DNA of 64,000 nucleotides from Amoebophrya sp. A120 (taxonomy: Eukaryota > Protista > Dinoflagellata), in NCBI GenBank assembly GCA_905178155.1, contig CAJINV010000001.1, positions 1,911,904 to 1,975,903 of the forward strand, read 5' to 3'. The position numbers and the translations under genes were made by a program. Below the pieces are notes generated by a model. That model did no database searches. It was not told where the DNA came from and saw only the letters and a list, made by a program, of their open reading frames with translations. This document shows positions 38,627-52,058 of the stretch, one piece after another; positions within the stretch are counted from its first letter, which is position 1, and every line of letters begins with the position of its first letter.

Positions 38627-39915
38627 AGCTGTGTGCCGACTTTCGATAGCCGCTGGAACCAGGAAGCTCGCTGCTCCGGCTCGTTCTTTGCATGATCACT
38701 GTTTGTGCTAGCACGTTTTTGCAGGTCAAGATTAATGTCTGGGTCGGAGTTGTTACCAATGCTGGAATTGGAAACTTTCTGCGTACCCGGAATTATAGCG
38801 GCTGCTGGTGCAGCTCCTGGTTGCGGCGGGTTCACGTTGTTTATCTGGAAACCCGAGGAAGTAGACGCGGCAGCGAGGCCACCAGCCGTAGTAGAAGCTC
38901 GAGGGGCTGCCGCGGGTAAAGCACTGTGATCGACAATCTGTGTGCCGCCATCATCTCCACCTCCTGCGAAGAACAAATCCTTGACGCGTGAGACGAGGGA
39001 ACGCTTCGGTTGTTGCTCCTGAAGATGCTCTTGTGCAGCTTGTTGCCTCGCTTGCTTTTCTGATTGCGACTCACCAAAAGCGAAGGCGTCTTGCGACTGC
39101 AGCAGCGTCCCGTCGACCCCGAGCGCTGGCTGCGCCGCTCCTTGCTGTAGTATCCTTGTTCCAGCAAAATGATCCCTTTCCTTGTCGTTATTCTTCCTGA
39201 GATCCAGAATGTTTCCCTTCCTGCTATCATCGTGATTCTCTTCTTCGTCGAACAAGCCATGACTGATGCTCTCTGTTTTGCGCTGCTGGTTGTTTTTCTC
39301 CGCCCTTTGGGCGGCAGAAAAAGCCGCTGCGCCGCTACTGGACGAGGAAGAGCCGCCAGCTGTGATGTTTTGACCCTGCATGGGCATCATGGAGTCGGCG
39401 CCGACCGCCACACTGGTTCGCAATCTCTTCGGTGAGACCAGGGCTTGCTTCGAACTCGGCTTTTTCGGCGACAGACTGCACCTTTGCGTCTGTTCGACAA
39501 ACCCGAAAACTTTTCCCTTGATCGGGCGCACTTTTGGCAGGGAGAAAGGAACGATTTGCTTGTCATCTTCATCGTCGGAACGATTCTTGTTGTCAAGAAC
39601 AGGCTGGCCATCATCTTCTATTTTCCCTGCAAGTAGCTGGTCGTCTAGCGACAGCCTTGGCGTGCCCGGTAGAAATTGTTCCTCGTCGGCCGCGGGTCGT
39701 TGTTCTGGAGGATGGTCATTCTCATTCTGTGCATCAAAGTCGCCTTCGTTCACGATGATCTGCGTTCCAGGCTGGTGGGCAGGTGCGGTTGTTTCTTGTA
39801 CCGGAGTTGCGCCTGGTTGCTGTACCAAATCGTCGACATCCCCCGGCTCAGAGTCCTCGTCGCGAACGCTTTGTGTCGGGGGGATCGATTCGGTGCGCTC
39901 AACTTCTTCAGTCAT
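38627..39915 (-). CDS. First exon of an unknown protein (acidic, low-complexity N-terminus); remainder lost in the A-rich tract
   Basis: ~430-aa open frame from ATG 39915 (MTEEVERTE...) ending at an introner. Confidence 0.7.
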
Positions 39916-40793
39916 CTTTAGCCTTATTGTTATTTGGCAAAAATCATATTATCGCGCTGGGGTGCAGAGCCACTGCGTCCTTGAAGTAACGACTTCACTT
40001 CGCACTAAAAGTGAAACTACTGAAATCAAAATACTAATTACGAACTGTACTAACAGTATAGTAGCTCCACATGTGCAGCAGCAGCGGAATGCGACCGCGT
40101 CAAGGCATACTTACTGCTGCCACAGGAGCAGCTACGGAGCCCATAACTATCCATGAGACCACATAAAGTGGTGCTCCACCATAATTGCTGCTGGTCTTTT
40201 TATCCCTGAACTTAATTTAATGGATTAAAAAACGTACTACAGATGATCAAGAAGTTTCTAGAATGCTACAGTGTGCGTGTCCGTGTGTGTCTCAGAAAGA
40301 CGAAGGAGCATGAGCAAAACGTTAGGTAGTTCAAATAACCAGTGAAGTACCTACAATGGGATCGTCCTCATTATTGAAGCCGACAGTCGATTTCAAATCT
40401 AGCTTGTCAACAAACAACTTGCCTTTAGATAGAAGAACATGAACAACTCCTGCGGCTCTCATATTCGACCGAATAAAGCGAACCGATTTACTACGCTCAC
40501 AACTATAACTTGTCTTCGATGAAGCCGTAGTTAGTGGTAGAGGCGAACGAAACCAACAAATCAAACAAAAGCAAAGGAAATGACGATGATGTGAACAGGC
40601 AATACTACTTGTCGAAGAAGCGCAAAAATGCCGTCGCCTCGCAGGACATTAGCATTATACAGCCGCGATCAGCAAGAGGAGCATCAGCTGCATGCCATAT
40701 GATTTGCTTTTAAATTTTTACGGTAGGCGTGCGTAGAAAGTGCGTTCTACTACAATTGTGCACCTGCAGTAGTCACTTATTTTCGTTATTTTT

Positions 40794-43700
40794 TTATGTT
40801 GCGAGAGTGAGCCTCAGCCTCTCATCCCCCAAAATCCGGGTCTAAAAATCTCCTCTGAAACACGTCAAAAGTGTCGTTGTAAGGTTCTATGTTGATGTAA
40901 GGGGGAAACGCAAGTTCAAACGGGTTGATTCTCTATGCACTGCAAAAGTATCGTACTCGTATAAATGCATTACAAATTTCCTCAGCATTAGAGGTAATGC
41001 TGATTTACCTTAACAAAAGGATTTGTAATGCATGACTGCAATACGAGTACGATACTTTTGCACTTCATATTCTCTTCATGTTCACGATTTTCTCCTCATT
41101 TTCTTCGTCGACAAAGCTGCGGAAATACTCGCCCGCGAGCTTCTGCGAGAATCGGCGACTCACGTACACCTGGTCTTTCCCCAATTGTGCGACCTTCACG
41201 TACTTCCCCAGGGACATCAAAATGTCCATTTTGAAAACATTCTTCGCGTCGACCTCTATCAAGTATGAGAGTGCATAACTACTCCCGATCCCCCTGATTT
41301 GTGATGCAAAATCCCAAATCCAAGCGCCAGCTCGTGGCTCTGTTTGCATGACAGATTCCGGAAGTAGCCCGAACAGTACTCCACTAGGCGCGTGAACTTG
41401 TCATGCGCAGGTCCTACGTGTGCTGGTGGTTGTAATCGCTGTTTATGCCATACAAAAAACAAACGAAGGGGAGGGGGAGTGGTGCTCTCTTCATATCAAG
41501 AAGACATTGATGTTTGGAAACTTCTCGAACGGAAAATCGACAAGAATCTCGTACTCCCCCCCTTCCACGTCAATAGAAATGAAGTCGATCTCGTGCTTAT
41601 CCTTTGCAAAAGCATCGCACTCCTCGTACTCGTAGTGATCGCAATCATGCATGACAAATCGAAATCGAAATCTGTTGGCTTCCTAGCAGGTAATTCACCA
41701 TGACAAAAAATTCCATTTGCCATGCTGAGAAAAAAAATTGTCATGCCCTTAACACTAGTACGATGCAATTCTTTTGCAATTCATAGTGCTTCTCCGACGC
41801 ACCATTCTCCAGCAGTAAATCCTCCAGCGTGATTACCTCGGTCGTGATATCCTGAGCAAAAACGTCTCCGCCCCAGAGATGTGATGCGAATGATCTGCAT
41901 GCTGAAAATAAAAATGTTTCTCATGCGGAGCCCCACGAGAGGCATTTTCTGGCTGTGTTTTGGAATTTGTGATGCTCGAATCAGAGTGCTCTGCTAGATC
42001 TGTGATGCTGCCGCACTATCTAACGCTAAGCGCGACCACACCGCGAGCCGGAACTTGTCACGCGCAACAACCAAAGGCTTGTGGATTTGTCTAGCGGATT
42101 CTCCATCTTGACTCTGGGGAGCTGGGAACGTTTTTACAAATGATACGTGAACGTTGACTGGAGGAACCGCGCGGCCTCGCCGCCTCCGTCTTGACCTCCT
42201 TCCAGCTTTGTCCAGAATAATTCTTCCGTCTCGCCGGCCGATCTCCCCTTCAGATGCCCAACAGACCCGGTGTAATCGAGGGAAAAGTTTTGCAGTTCCC
42301 GCTTCCGGCCGACGGCCCGCTTTTCGACCACGCAGGTTCGGTATTGCTCCAGAATGTAGTGCTGCGCCGGGTTTGGCTCGACGCAAATCCCCTTCCAGTT
42401 GAAGCACTGATCAAACACCGCGGTGTTGGAAAGCTCAAACGCTTATCCAGTGCAAAAGTATCGCACTCCCACTCGTAGAAATTGCAGCTGCCATGCATGA
42501 CAAATCTATCTCTCTACCTGATACAGCATGAGAAACTCAATTTGTTCTCGAGAAAATTTGTAATGCAGTTTAGACGTAGTACGATTCGATACTTTTGCAA
42601 TGTATAACGCCCCCATGGCGCCGATGTCGATGTAGATCCCATCGGAGGACTTGTACGCGAAGAGCTTGTATCAAATGCAAAAATGTCTGGGTCTGGAAAC
42701 GTGTGATGCTGGTTGGCGTATCATGAGTCGGCCACAAGTGCAGGCTCAGCATGACAAGTTTCTGAGCTTCGAGGTGTTGCCTATTCTGCATGACAAACTG
42801 CGTTTCTGCATGACAAAAAAACGAGGTTCCTCTACTTGGGTAACGTGCATGACAGACTTTGGGGTCATGCTGGCAGAGCATGACAGACCTTCCATTCTTC
42901 CAGACCCAGACATTTTCACAATCCATAGCTTGTGCACCAAGTCTTGCCTTGTTTTCAGCGTCTTCTTATCCACCACAGTGGGGAAAATTTGGTTGCGAAA
43001 GAAATTGTGGAACAGAAACCACTATGAATTGCAAAAGTGTCTGGGTCTGGAAGGATCCGACCTTGTGATGCGTGTTTCGGATCCTACAAAGACTTGTGAT
43101 GCATAAACGTGCAAAAGGTGCCCACTTCTGACCATGCTGAGAGGGCATTTCTCATGCAGAAAACGCATCATTAAGGAACAACTGCAGAACCTGTGATGCT
43201 GGGCCCTGCATTCCAGACGTGGGGGAGCTAGAGCTTGGAAAAACTGCATGACAAATCTCGGAGACTCCCAGACCCAGACATTTTTACATTTGATAACCAG
43301 TCTTGGTTCCACTGCCCGAGATATCCTGTGCAAAAGTATCGCACTCGTAGTCGTACTAATTGCAAATATGCATGACAAATGTTTTTATTAAGGCAAAACA
43401 GCATTACAAGTTCCAGTTTCCTTCTTGCCAAAATTATTTGTAATGCGATTTATACTAGTACGATACTTTTGCAATGCATACGAAGCCGAGGAAGTAGTCC
43501 TTTTTCGGGTCGTACCAGTTCTCCGTGTTCCGGCCCAGTATCCTCTTCCCCGGGGGGAGCCCCTTTGGATTGCTGAACTCCGCGCAGTTCGCTTTTTCGA
43601 AGTAGAAGTCGTGCACCAGTTCCGGCATCAGTGCGCAAACGCAGACGGGCGACTGGGTCTCGAACCCCTCCTCCTTGGTGTAGTCGTTTCTTTTGTGCTT

Positions 43701-45812
43701 GTAGCACGGACCGTAGGACCCGTATTTGGAGTCGAGCACGGCTTGCATGGCGGACGTCGAGGCTTGCATGTTGTTGATCAGGTCTTCGGGGTCACCACAC
43801 AACGAGCTTCGCCACTGGGAGTAGGTGAACTGGCACTGCTGCTTCAATTTCACTTTTTGCTTTTTCTGCTCCTCCAGTGTTATCTGCCCTTCGGATAACT
43901 TGATTTCGTCGGTGAGGCTGTCTCCATCCCCACAGCCGTCCGTGAGCCAAAGAATCACGGTCGGGTCTTTCGCCCACTTTTGGAGTTTCTTGAATGTGAA
44001 CTTCGGAGTGTCCCGCCCGAACGCGAGAACGTCGCACTTGGAGCCGAGGGGGCTACTTGGCGCCGTGGAAGTTGTAAACGGGTTGTTCTGGTCCTCCTTG
44101 CTATCGACGTCTTCTGTTGGCGATTCTTTCGCTTTATCCAATCGATAAGAGAGATTATCCTCTGGGCCTATTCGGTCCGCGATTCTCCCATTTTCGTCGA
44201 CAAACGCCAGCTCCCTCACGTCCGGATGCGGTTTTATGCCATTCGCTTTCCTATCTTCTTCCTCAAACCGCTTTTGCCTCTCCGTCTTGCTTTCGTCCGC
44301 ACTGCTCCCAGACGCGTAACTCTGGTGGGCGGCCATTGGGTCTTCGTAATTGACCTCTATTTTTGCGTATCAAATTCGAAAATGTCTGGGTCTGGAAGGT
44401 TTCCAGGTTTGTCATGCATATTTTGCATGACCCATGATGCTTGTAAAGCATGGCCTAGCATCACAGACTTTTTGAGGGCATCCTGATGCCTATTTCGCAT
44501 GACAAATGTTTATGTTGCCCTTCCCGCGTAGCACAAAATGGGCTCCTCTGCCTGGTCATGCAATACAAATGTTTTTAGGATCCGAAGATAGCATCACAAG
44601 CTGAAACCTTCCAGACGCAGACATTTTTGCATTTGATATTGCGTTCGGGAACCCGAGTTGCAGGTACTGGAGAACTATGCATTGCAAGAGTATCGCACTA
44701 GTACAAATTGCATGACAAACTTTTTCAAGAAGAAAAATGAAATTTGTAATGCTGATTTACCCAAAAAGGGATATCTGTGATGCATGATAGCAATTACTAC
44801 GAGTACGATAATTTTGCACAGGATAAGAAAGTCCAAATCGAAATCAGTGTCGATTAGCACGTAGATGCATCACAATAAAAAGTGTTAACGTTAACGGTTT
44901 TCACAGATGATCATTGCAGTCATGCATCACGAATGTAGCCCAACAAGCATGCCATGCATGACAAATTCTGGCACGTTTTGCGATGCATTGCTGCGTCACA
45001 AATTCCGTTTTTAGCGTTGACATTTCTTCCTGAGATAAGATGAACTGGGGAAAGATCATCATGAACCGCTGGAGCAGGACGCTGGAGGAATCTCCAATCC
45101 CAAGCCAACAAAACCGGATGTATTCCGCCGGGTAGGACTTTCTCGTTTTTGACAAAATCTGTTCGTCTTTTTTTTCTTCTTGTTGCACGCCGGCACTAGA
45201 ACTAGATTGCAGCTCTACTTTATCGTCGCTACGAGTTTTGTTTTTCTTCTTCTCTTCGCTTGTTGTGTTCTGATGTGCTTTGATCTGTAACTTCGGATCG
45301 TCTTTCTGGGGTCCGTTGTAGGAAAGATCAACGGTGGTCGTGGTATGCTCTTCTGTTCTTGCGCTGTCTCTGGTCGTGCAGGTTCCGCCGGCATCTGCCC
45401 CACCTGAGCAAGCATTTCCATTTTCTCTTTCGTCCTCGATATTATACCGTGCTTGGAAGTGGCTGACGCCTGTGGTTTCGTCGGGCGCCCATTCACCAAC
45501 CAAGCCGCTGCCGTGAAAGAAAAGGATTTGCAACACCTTCAGGAGGTACATCACTGAACGGTCTAGCGCCTCACTCAGTTCCGGCTTCGGCGTCGCGCGA
45601 AAGATCAACGAGGTGTCGATCTTTTTTGAGATGGACTTTTGCATAATTGTTGTTCCTTTATGCAGGTCCTGCTGCGCAGATGAAAACTGTTGCGGTTGTA
45701 GCAACAGATGAAATATAGCCCAAAAAACAACGGCCGACAAAAGGTTCCGGCTGTGCTGCCTGCGCAGCGGCTGCGCATAATTGTGCAACTGCTTCGAAAT
45801 CATCTTGGTCAT
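40794..45812 (-). CDS. FkbM-family (Methyltransf_21-like) methyltransferase with N-terminal hydrophobic signal/anchor
   Basis: After removing 11 introners: GQWNQDWFLF, GIYIDIGAMGAFELSNTAVFDQCFNWKGICVEPNP, ITLEDLL, IDFISIDVEGGEYEIL, INVFLIE; stop TAA at 40794-40796. Confidence 0.85.
40934..41069. mobile_element. Introner family A (136 bp)
   Basis: TSD ttctc; TIR tgcaaaagtatcgtactcgtat. Confidence 0.9.
41264..41495. mobile_element. Introner family G-like (232 bp)
   Basis: TSD tcaag; removal gives NVFL|IEVD. Confidence 0.88.
41598..41785. mobile_element. Introner family A (188 bp)
   Basis: TSD gtgct; removal gives SEKH|EIDFISIDVEG. Confidence 0.9.
41848..42145. mobile_element. Introner family F (298 bp)
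   Basis: TSD cgtga; TIR aaaaacgt...ccccagag; removal gives STFT|TEVITLED. Confidence 0.88.
42444..42606. mobile_element. Introner family A (163 bp)
   Basis: TSD acgct/acgcc; removal gives IGAMGA|FELSNT. Confidence 0.9.
42669..42927. mobile_element. Introner family B (259 bp)
   Basis: TSD gcttg; TIR aaaatgtctgggtctggaa. Confidence 0.9.
43023..43295. mobile_element. Introner family B (273 bp)
   Basis: TSD accac/accag; removal gives NQDW|FLFHN. Confidence 0.9.
43322..43480. mobile_element. Introner family A (159 bp)
   Basis: TSD cgaga/cgaag; tatcctgtgcaaaagtatcg...cgatacttttgcaatgcata. Confidence 0.88.
44368..44638. mobile_element. Introner family B (271 bp)
   Basis: TSD ttgcg; removal gives GFPNA|KIEVNY. 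Confidence 0.9.
44676..44825. mobile_element. Introner family A (150 bp)
   Basis: TSD agaac/agaaa; removal gives LDFL|QYLQ. Confidence 0.88.
44868..45037. mobile_element. Introner singleton (170 bp)
   Basis: TSD agatg; cat...ata ends; removal gives PQFI|YVLID. Confidence 0.85.
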
Positions 45813-46496
45813 CCTTGTTTTACCCGTAGGTTTCAGATGAAAAGGAGGCACTTATTATAGCTGTACTCTTGATATCATAAACATAAGTAAACTTCTGAAA
45901 GGAAGAGAGAGAAACAAAAACAAAACAAATAGATACTAAAAAGCGCGGCGAACATCAGTGCGCCCTTTGCTCTGGCAGTCGATTAAGATCGAGTTTTATT
46001 TTCGCTTGTGGTGCAGCTCTCTCTAAAATATAAATAAATTCACAACGAGGTCGTGGACGAGGCACCACATGGAATACGCACACAGAATTAAGCGAAGAAG
46101 ATGATCGTCAAGCAAGATAGATCCTGGGATCGGAAAAAAAAATACAGAACATAAACAAAAACATAGGGAAGATAGGAAGCATGATTGTCAGGGCCCTCTT
46201 AAAGTTCGGATCCACAGTGAACAATTCCCATGTGCGGCGCTGTCCAGCAGCACCGCCTCACGGTTACCACGGCCTTGCGAGCAGTAAAAAGCTGACTCAG
46301 AGGGCCGCGGAAAAAATGTTGTCGTGGGAGAAGTTGTAGTCGGCTTTGCAAAGAAGAGAAGTTATGTCGCGTTGGAAACAAATAGACTATCATAAGATCA
46401 GGTTCAGCAGCTTCAGGCGTAGTTGTAAAAATCTTCATCTCATCTAGTTCTAGAGTGATACGGCGTTTTTACAACTTTTCTTTATTTTCCTCGTCC

Positions 46497-49400
46497 TCAG
46501 AGTTCTCGAAAAAGCATGTACATGTTGTGCAAAAGCAGAAACCTGCTCGAGAGCACATCGTCTGCGATGCCCTTGTTGTTTTCAAAATCCAGCGAGAAAT
46601 CACCGATCTGCTGCAGCGGCGCCTGCTGCTCTGGGTTCAGCACGTTCCGGCCGTGGTTGTTGGCCTGATTGAGCCGCACCAGCCCCCGCTTCTCGCTCTC
46701 GAGCCGCTGGCTCAGGTTCCGTATCGTTAGCAACAGCAGTTTCTGCATCTGCAGCCGCACCCGACTACGATCAATCGCGTACAGCCACAGCCCCCGCCCG
46801 TAACTGCCGGACTGCGCTCCGAACGCTGTAGGTGGAGGCCCGGCCGCGACGGAGTGCGCGCCCTTCGGGATTTCTTGGATTAGCAGCGTCCCGTTCCGAA
46901 ACAAGTCGTTCAGCGCGCGTCGGACTTTCGGCAGCGAACAGAGGCAGACCTCTATCGTGAGGAAAAACGTCCCCACCCCAGAGTCAAGATGGGGATGATG
47001 CACCAAAAACCTAGAAGTCTTGGGGGTCACACATGACAGACTTCAGCGCGTACTGTAGTGCAGATTAGCGTGGACAGTCGCATCACAAATCCATCTGCTC
47101 ATCCTGTTTAGTACAGCATTACAAATTTTAGAACGCGATTGGAAATGTCTATCATGGGTACTATGCGCATCACAAATATTCCTGTCATTGGAAATCAGCA
47201 TGACAACTCTGGGGTGGGGGCATTTTTACACAGGATAACCTCTTCGATGCGCCGTTCGTCGTGGTACCGGATTGGGTCTTCGTTCAGAATATGCATTGCA
47301 AATATGTCTGGGTCTGGAAACGTGTGATGCTAATTTGCGAATGGTGGGCGCACTGCAATGTGCAGCCCAGCATGACAAGTTTTTTGTGCTGTTGTGTGTT
47401 TCGTTTTTCGCATGACAAGCTGCGTTTTTGCATGACAGGCAAGAGGCACTTTTCCTGGTCATGCATCACAGATTTGAGAGTCATGCCAGACGAGCATGAC
47501 AAGCTTGCAGTTTCTTCCAGACCCAGACATTTTTGCGATCCATACAGAAAGTTGAAGACCCGAAACGCCACCGGGCCGTGGTTCCAGTGAATCAGGCGGC
47601 CGTACAGGTCCTGGTAAATCTATGAAAGCCTCAGGTTGGAAATCCTCAAAGTGGGAAAAATTTGTAATGCAAAAAAACGACTCCAGTTGGAGCACCATTT
47701 ATAGTCGGCGCATGACAAAATTCCCGGGCACTCAAAACGTGTCTGTCATGCTAGTTAGGCGAAGGGGTGCCCTCCTCTCATGCTAATCAGGAGCCCAATT
47801 CTGAACCCGTTGTACATGCACAATAGTCGGCCTCCATTGCGTTCTCTGCAATACAGTCTTTTTGGTGTCGCATTTCATGCATCACAAATTATTTCCACTT
47901 TGAGGATTTCCATTCTGAGGGTGTCATAAAATCTGGCGCCAAATCTGCTCGCCGTCCAGCATGAAGGCGTCACCGCTGTTGATCTGCACTTTCGTACTAT
48001 TTGAGGAGGAAGTAGGAGGAGGTTTCCGACCTCCTACCCCGCCCGGCGAAATCGCCAGGGCGGCCGCCGCGGCTGCGGTTTTCTGCTTCTTGGACTTCGG
48101 CCCGCGCTTGGACTTCGAGCCTGTCGACGTCATGCTCTGGTTCAACAAAAGCATCTGCATGCTGTCGTCCAAATCTCCAGCGGCAATGCGCTGGACCAAG
48201 CCAGAGGCTGTTGTAGGCGACAAATTTAAATTTTTGCTAAACGAGTGGGTGCTTGTACAAATTGACAAATCTTCAAAATTCTATCCTACTGACGTCGCAC
48301 AAAAAACTGCACGTACGCCAACGCAATACGAGGAACAACGCATTGCCGTTTATTGTGGTAATGTGATTTTTAGGCCAGAACAACAAGCACTAAGAGAGCA
48401 GAGGCAGAACTACTCAAAAAATATGTCTTCAATACTTTCGTTCAGGAGCAAAGTAAGTCCTTCCGCAATCTGCTCGGGGGTCAAAACGTCTGAGAGGTCG
48501 TCGCTCAACTGTGACTGCAGGACGATTCTCCCCTGGGTAGGAACAGCCCCACCTCCCTGGCCGCCCCCGCCCATCATTCCCGGCGTTATCGGTTTTTTCA
48601 ACTTCAAAGACGGATACTTCTGCGGCACGGACGGACCACTCTGTAGTTGATGATCTAGCAGATTGTCACCACCACTTGTCGTGTCCTTCTTACCCACACC
48701 CCCACCACCTCCGATTTCTGTCGCCCGCAAAAGCGCCCGGAAGACCAGTTTCGCGGATTTATTCGCTATGTGACCTACTAACGGTTCCTCGATTTGTGAC
48801 AAAACCACGTGTCGGTTGAGAAGCGGCAGGTTGGCTCGGTACACCGTTTGAGAGAGGTTCAGACTCTCCAATTCTGCGTTGGCGCTGTGATAAATTTCCG
48901 CCGCCTTCGCATCGTTGTTGAATCTCGCGATTTTCAAAAGCTGCTCGCGAAAAACCTCGTTGTCCGTCTTCCGCCGGAGCGGATTCGCCTTGATAAGCCA
49001 GCCACTCGACTCCAGTTCGCCAACGAGCCGAAGAAGGGTCGCTAGTTCCATCCGGGGAAAGTTGTCCCCCGCTTTCGTGTTCTTGTTTTTGGAAGTTGCA
49101 GCAGTATCTTGTTCCTGCTGGGGGTGCTGATTTGATGTTTGCAACATTTGGGCGTCCTCCTCCTCCGAGTCTTCTTGCCGTTGTCTTTTCTTCGTTTGCA
49201 GCTTTTTCATCGCAGGATTGCTCGCTGCCGAGCCGGAACGACCTCTCTTGTTGTCTTTCTTGTTACCCTGAAGCAGGAGATCTGGCTGTAGTTCTTCTTG
49301 TTGCCCCCCTTGATACGGTAATGAGAACAGCTCCACCATGGTACTTACCGAAACCTTCCCGCGGTGCAAGACTTCCCGCATCACGCGCGCGGCGGCCGGG

Positions 49401-51310
49401 TTCACGACATTTTGAATCACCTTCACGAACTCCGGGAACCGGGCGCGCCAGAAAACGGAGTCCAAATCCGCGTAGAAACGGGCTGGCTTGTTTATCGGTG
49501 GAAGTGAGCTGCTGGAGGAGGAAGAGGACGACCCTCCTGCAAGAGCAGTTGATGTTGCACTCAAGCCAAACATCCCGTCGTCCACCACACGCACGATGTT
49601 GTGCTGCATGAGAGAGACCAAAGTTACTGGCGGCACGACGGGCCACAGACGACGCCCTGAGAACCCACGAAGATCCTGAAAAGATCACCCCCGACACCCC
49701 AGGGGGAGGGGTCGGAAAGATTCGGAGCGTCCGCCCCTCTGTAGCTTCCAGGGACAGCCTGCCGACGAAAGGGAAGCATAGACCGCTCGTGTAACGCGCG
49801 TTACACGAAGGTATGGTAGATGTGAGAAAGGGCCAGACGCCCCGCGGGCGTTGCCACAGGCGCTAGCTTGCTGGGAGTGACAAATAACCACGCCCAACAA
49901 AGGCGAGCGAGTGGTCGCGCGGTTGTAAAAGCCCTGGCGCGACGCGGAACAATCTGGGGCCCGGCAATGGACGGAACTGCCCCCGTCCGCAGGGTCCATC
50001 TCGCTTCCATGGGCCAGATATACCCGAGCCCGAGGACAAGGCCAGGTCGGAAATGGTCCAGCAAAAGACGGCGCACTAGCCCCAAAGCGAGTTTTTTTTT
50101 TAATTCAAAAACGAAGCCGCTGAATTTGTTGAATCAAAGAAACAGCCCGTGTTTCAAGGGTAGAAAGGCCACTTCTTGAACCCCGAACAAAGGATCCGAC
50201 CAAGGTTCAAACAATGTTCAAAGTCGCCAATCACGGCGGTATGGCGAAAGCTTCAGAGGCCAAAAAAAAGTTCCTAAAAAGTTCCGTTCAAGATCCGATA
50301 AAGTTCCGATCAAGATCCTGTCCAGAGGACACTTTTTTGGCCACTTTTTTGCGCCGCCAAATCCATAGATTCTAGGCGGGGGAGGGGCCAGGAAAAGCGG
50401 CGAAAAAAGTGTCCTCTGGACAGGATCTTGATCGGAACTTTTGAAAATGGAGATGGCGGCCATGAACTCTGGAAAATGGCCCCGTGCCTGGCCGAATTCC
50501 ACTGGAGAATGCTCCTGAGTACAAAAATTGTGCCGCGGGGAGAAAACTCCCACCCTTGTTTGACATGCTTTCTGCAGGATTGGCCTGCCGATCCCCGCGA
50601 CCCCAAGAAGCAAAACACTTGGCACCACATCGCGCCAAAGGCCATCGCCTCTCTGCGGGCTCCCGGATGCTGGGCAGGTAGAATGCCTGCGGTCGAAACA
50701 CCTCCGCGCCACCCCCTTTCCAATGTCCAAGACTACCGCGAAAAAACTACAGAAGCACACCAGAAGGGGGGGCAAAAGGACACGCTGGCCGCGGCGGGCG
50801 GCGCGTTCCCTGGCGGCTGGCCCGCGCCAAGTTTTGCGTGGCCGTAAAATACCGACATACCCCCGCAACGGGAAAAAAAATCGCGCTTCCCAAACAGGGC
50901 GGCCCTCGGGATAGGCTCGGCAGCTATGCGACACGCCCAGAAAAGGCCGCGCAAATTTGCTATACAAAGGAGGCAAAGCGAAGGCCAAAACATTGGGCCT
51001 GATTCGTAATTTCGGGGCGCCGAAGTAGCCCAGCGGCCAGGATCTTGATAGGATCTTTTTGGGATCTCAGACGAGCTGAAGTGGCCCGGCGTTCCGTGAG
51101 TAACAAAGCGGACTTCGTTTCCTCCCCAGTCGGGCAGGTACCGGAGTACTGGGTTAGCTGTCGCATGAAGACCATCAGTTCGCCGACGGACAATCCTTCC
51201 GCGGCGTCGTTTCCGAACGACAGGAGCGTCCAACCAACGGTCGCTGCCGCTTTCCCGAACTCAAGCTCCAGCCGCTCCCGGGCATACTCGAATTCTGGAT
51301 TCGTCGCCAT
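46497..51310 (-). CDS. POLR3C: RNA polymerase III subunit RPC3 (RPC82/RPC62)
   Basis: LVSLMQHNIV, FYADLDSVFWRARFPEFV...VMREVLHRGK, GPVAFRVFNFL and LLIQEIPK...LWLYAID follow the RPC3 motif order. 3 introners, probable GT-AG intron 48208-48435, and a ~1.4-kb first intron with an uncertain donor (acceptor near 49676). Confidence 0.85.
46953..47237. mobile_element. Introner family F (285 bp)
   Basis: TSD acctc; removal gives RIEE|VCLCSL. Confidence 0.9.
47290..47544. mobile_element. Introner family B (255 bp)
   Basis: TSD cagaa; removal gives FNFL|NEDP. Confidence 0.9.
47621..47928. mobile_element. Introner family C-like (308 bp)
   Basis: TSD aaatc; TIR cctcag..tggaaatcctcaaagtgg; removal gives WRQI|YQDLY. 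Confidence 0.9.
50300..50441. repeat. Perfect 39-bp inverted repeat with 64-nt loop
   Basis: 50300-50338 aaagttccgatcaagatcctgtccagaggacactttttt is the exact reverse complement of 50403-50441. Confidence 0.95.
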
Positions 51311-52058
51311 TTTGAAAGTTTCGATTCGTCTGGTTCGTTGCTTGCCGGGTTAAATCTCTAAATCATAAAGATAAATCAGATGGGAAAATAAAATGATCGG
51401 ATCTCATTTCTCATGTGGAGATGAAACAGCAGGACGAGGATCGGGAAGTTCCTAACAAGTAGTAGTGCAGTGCTTACATATTACTGTGTTGTCGAGATGA
51501 TGTCGCTGTGGACTTACTTGCGTTAAATCAGTGTGGTGCCCCAGAGAGATAGTGGCGGTGGCGCGCAGTCGTGGTATGAGCCGCTCGGGCTTGCTTTTTT
51601 TCACAGCTGCAACTACCATCATATCCAGACGGTGATCAATATCATGTCGGAATCGTGTGTAGACTTTTCTTGGACTTGATCAGCTGCGTGATGCATTAAT
51701 GGTGGTGATCGTGATCTAAAACGACTTTTGTGTAGGAACGATCTTAGTTCTTAGGTCCACGGCAAAACGATGAAGTGGTCATCATTATTCAGGAGACCCA
51801 CAGTGTTGGTTCTATTTGTTGCACTGACTTTTCAAGATCATGATAAGATAAAGATCGTGTGTGACCACCTAGAACTACGTTTTCCTCCGAACAAGTCGTG
51901 GTCCTGGTCGTGTTACTCTTACTTCTTTATACGATATAATTTTTGATATGTAGCTCTTATCAGGACTATAAAGCATCGATGCTCGTCACTTTCAGATCTT
52001 CTGGCGGAGGATTTTACATCATGTGCGAAGGAGGTGGCTGTGCACCAAATACTTGTTT

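Noticed and set aside
40934-45037. Recurrent repeats separated by short unique spacers, superficially CRISPR-like
   Set aside because: The repeats are 136-298-bp TIR elements of different families, the 'spacers' are in-frame exons, and there are no cas genes.
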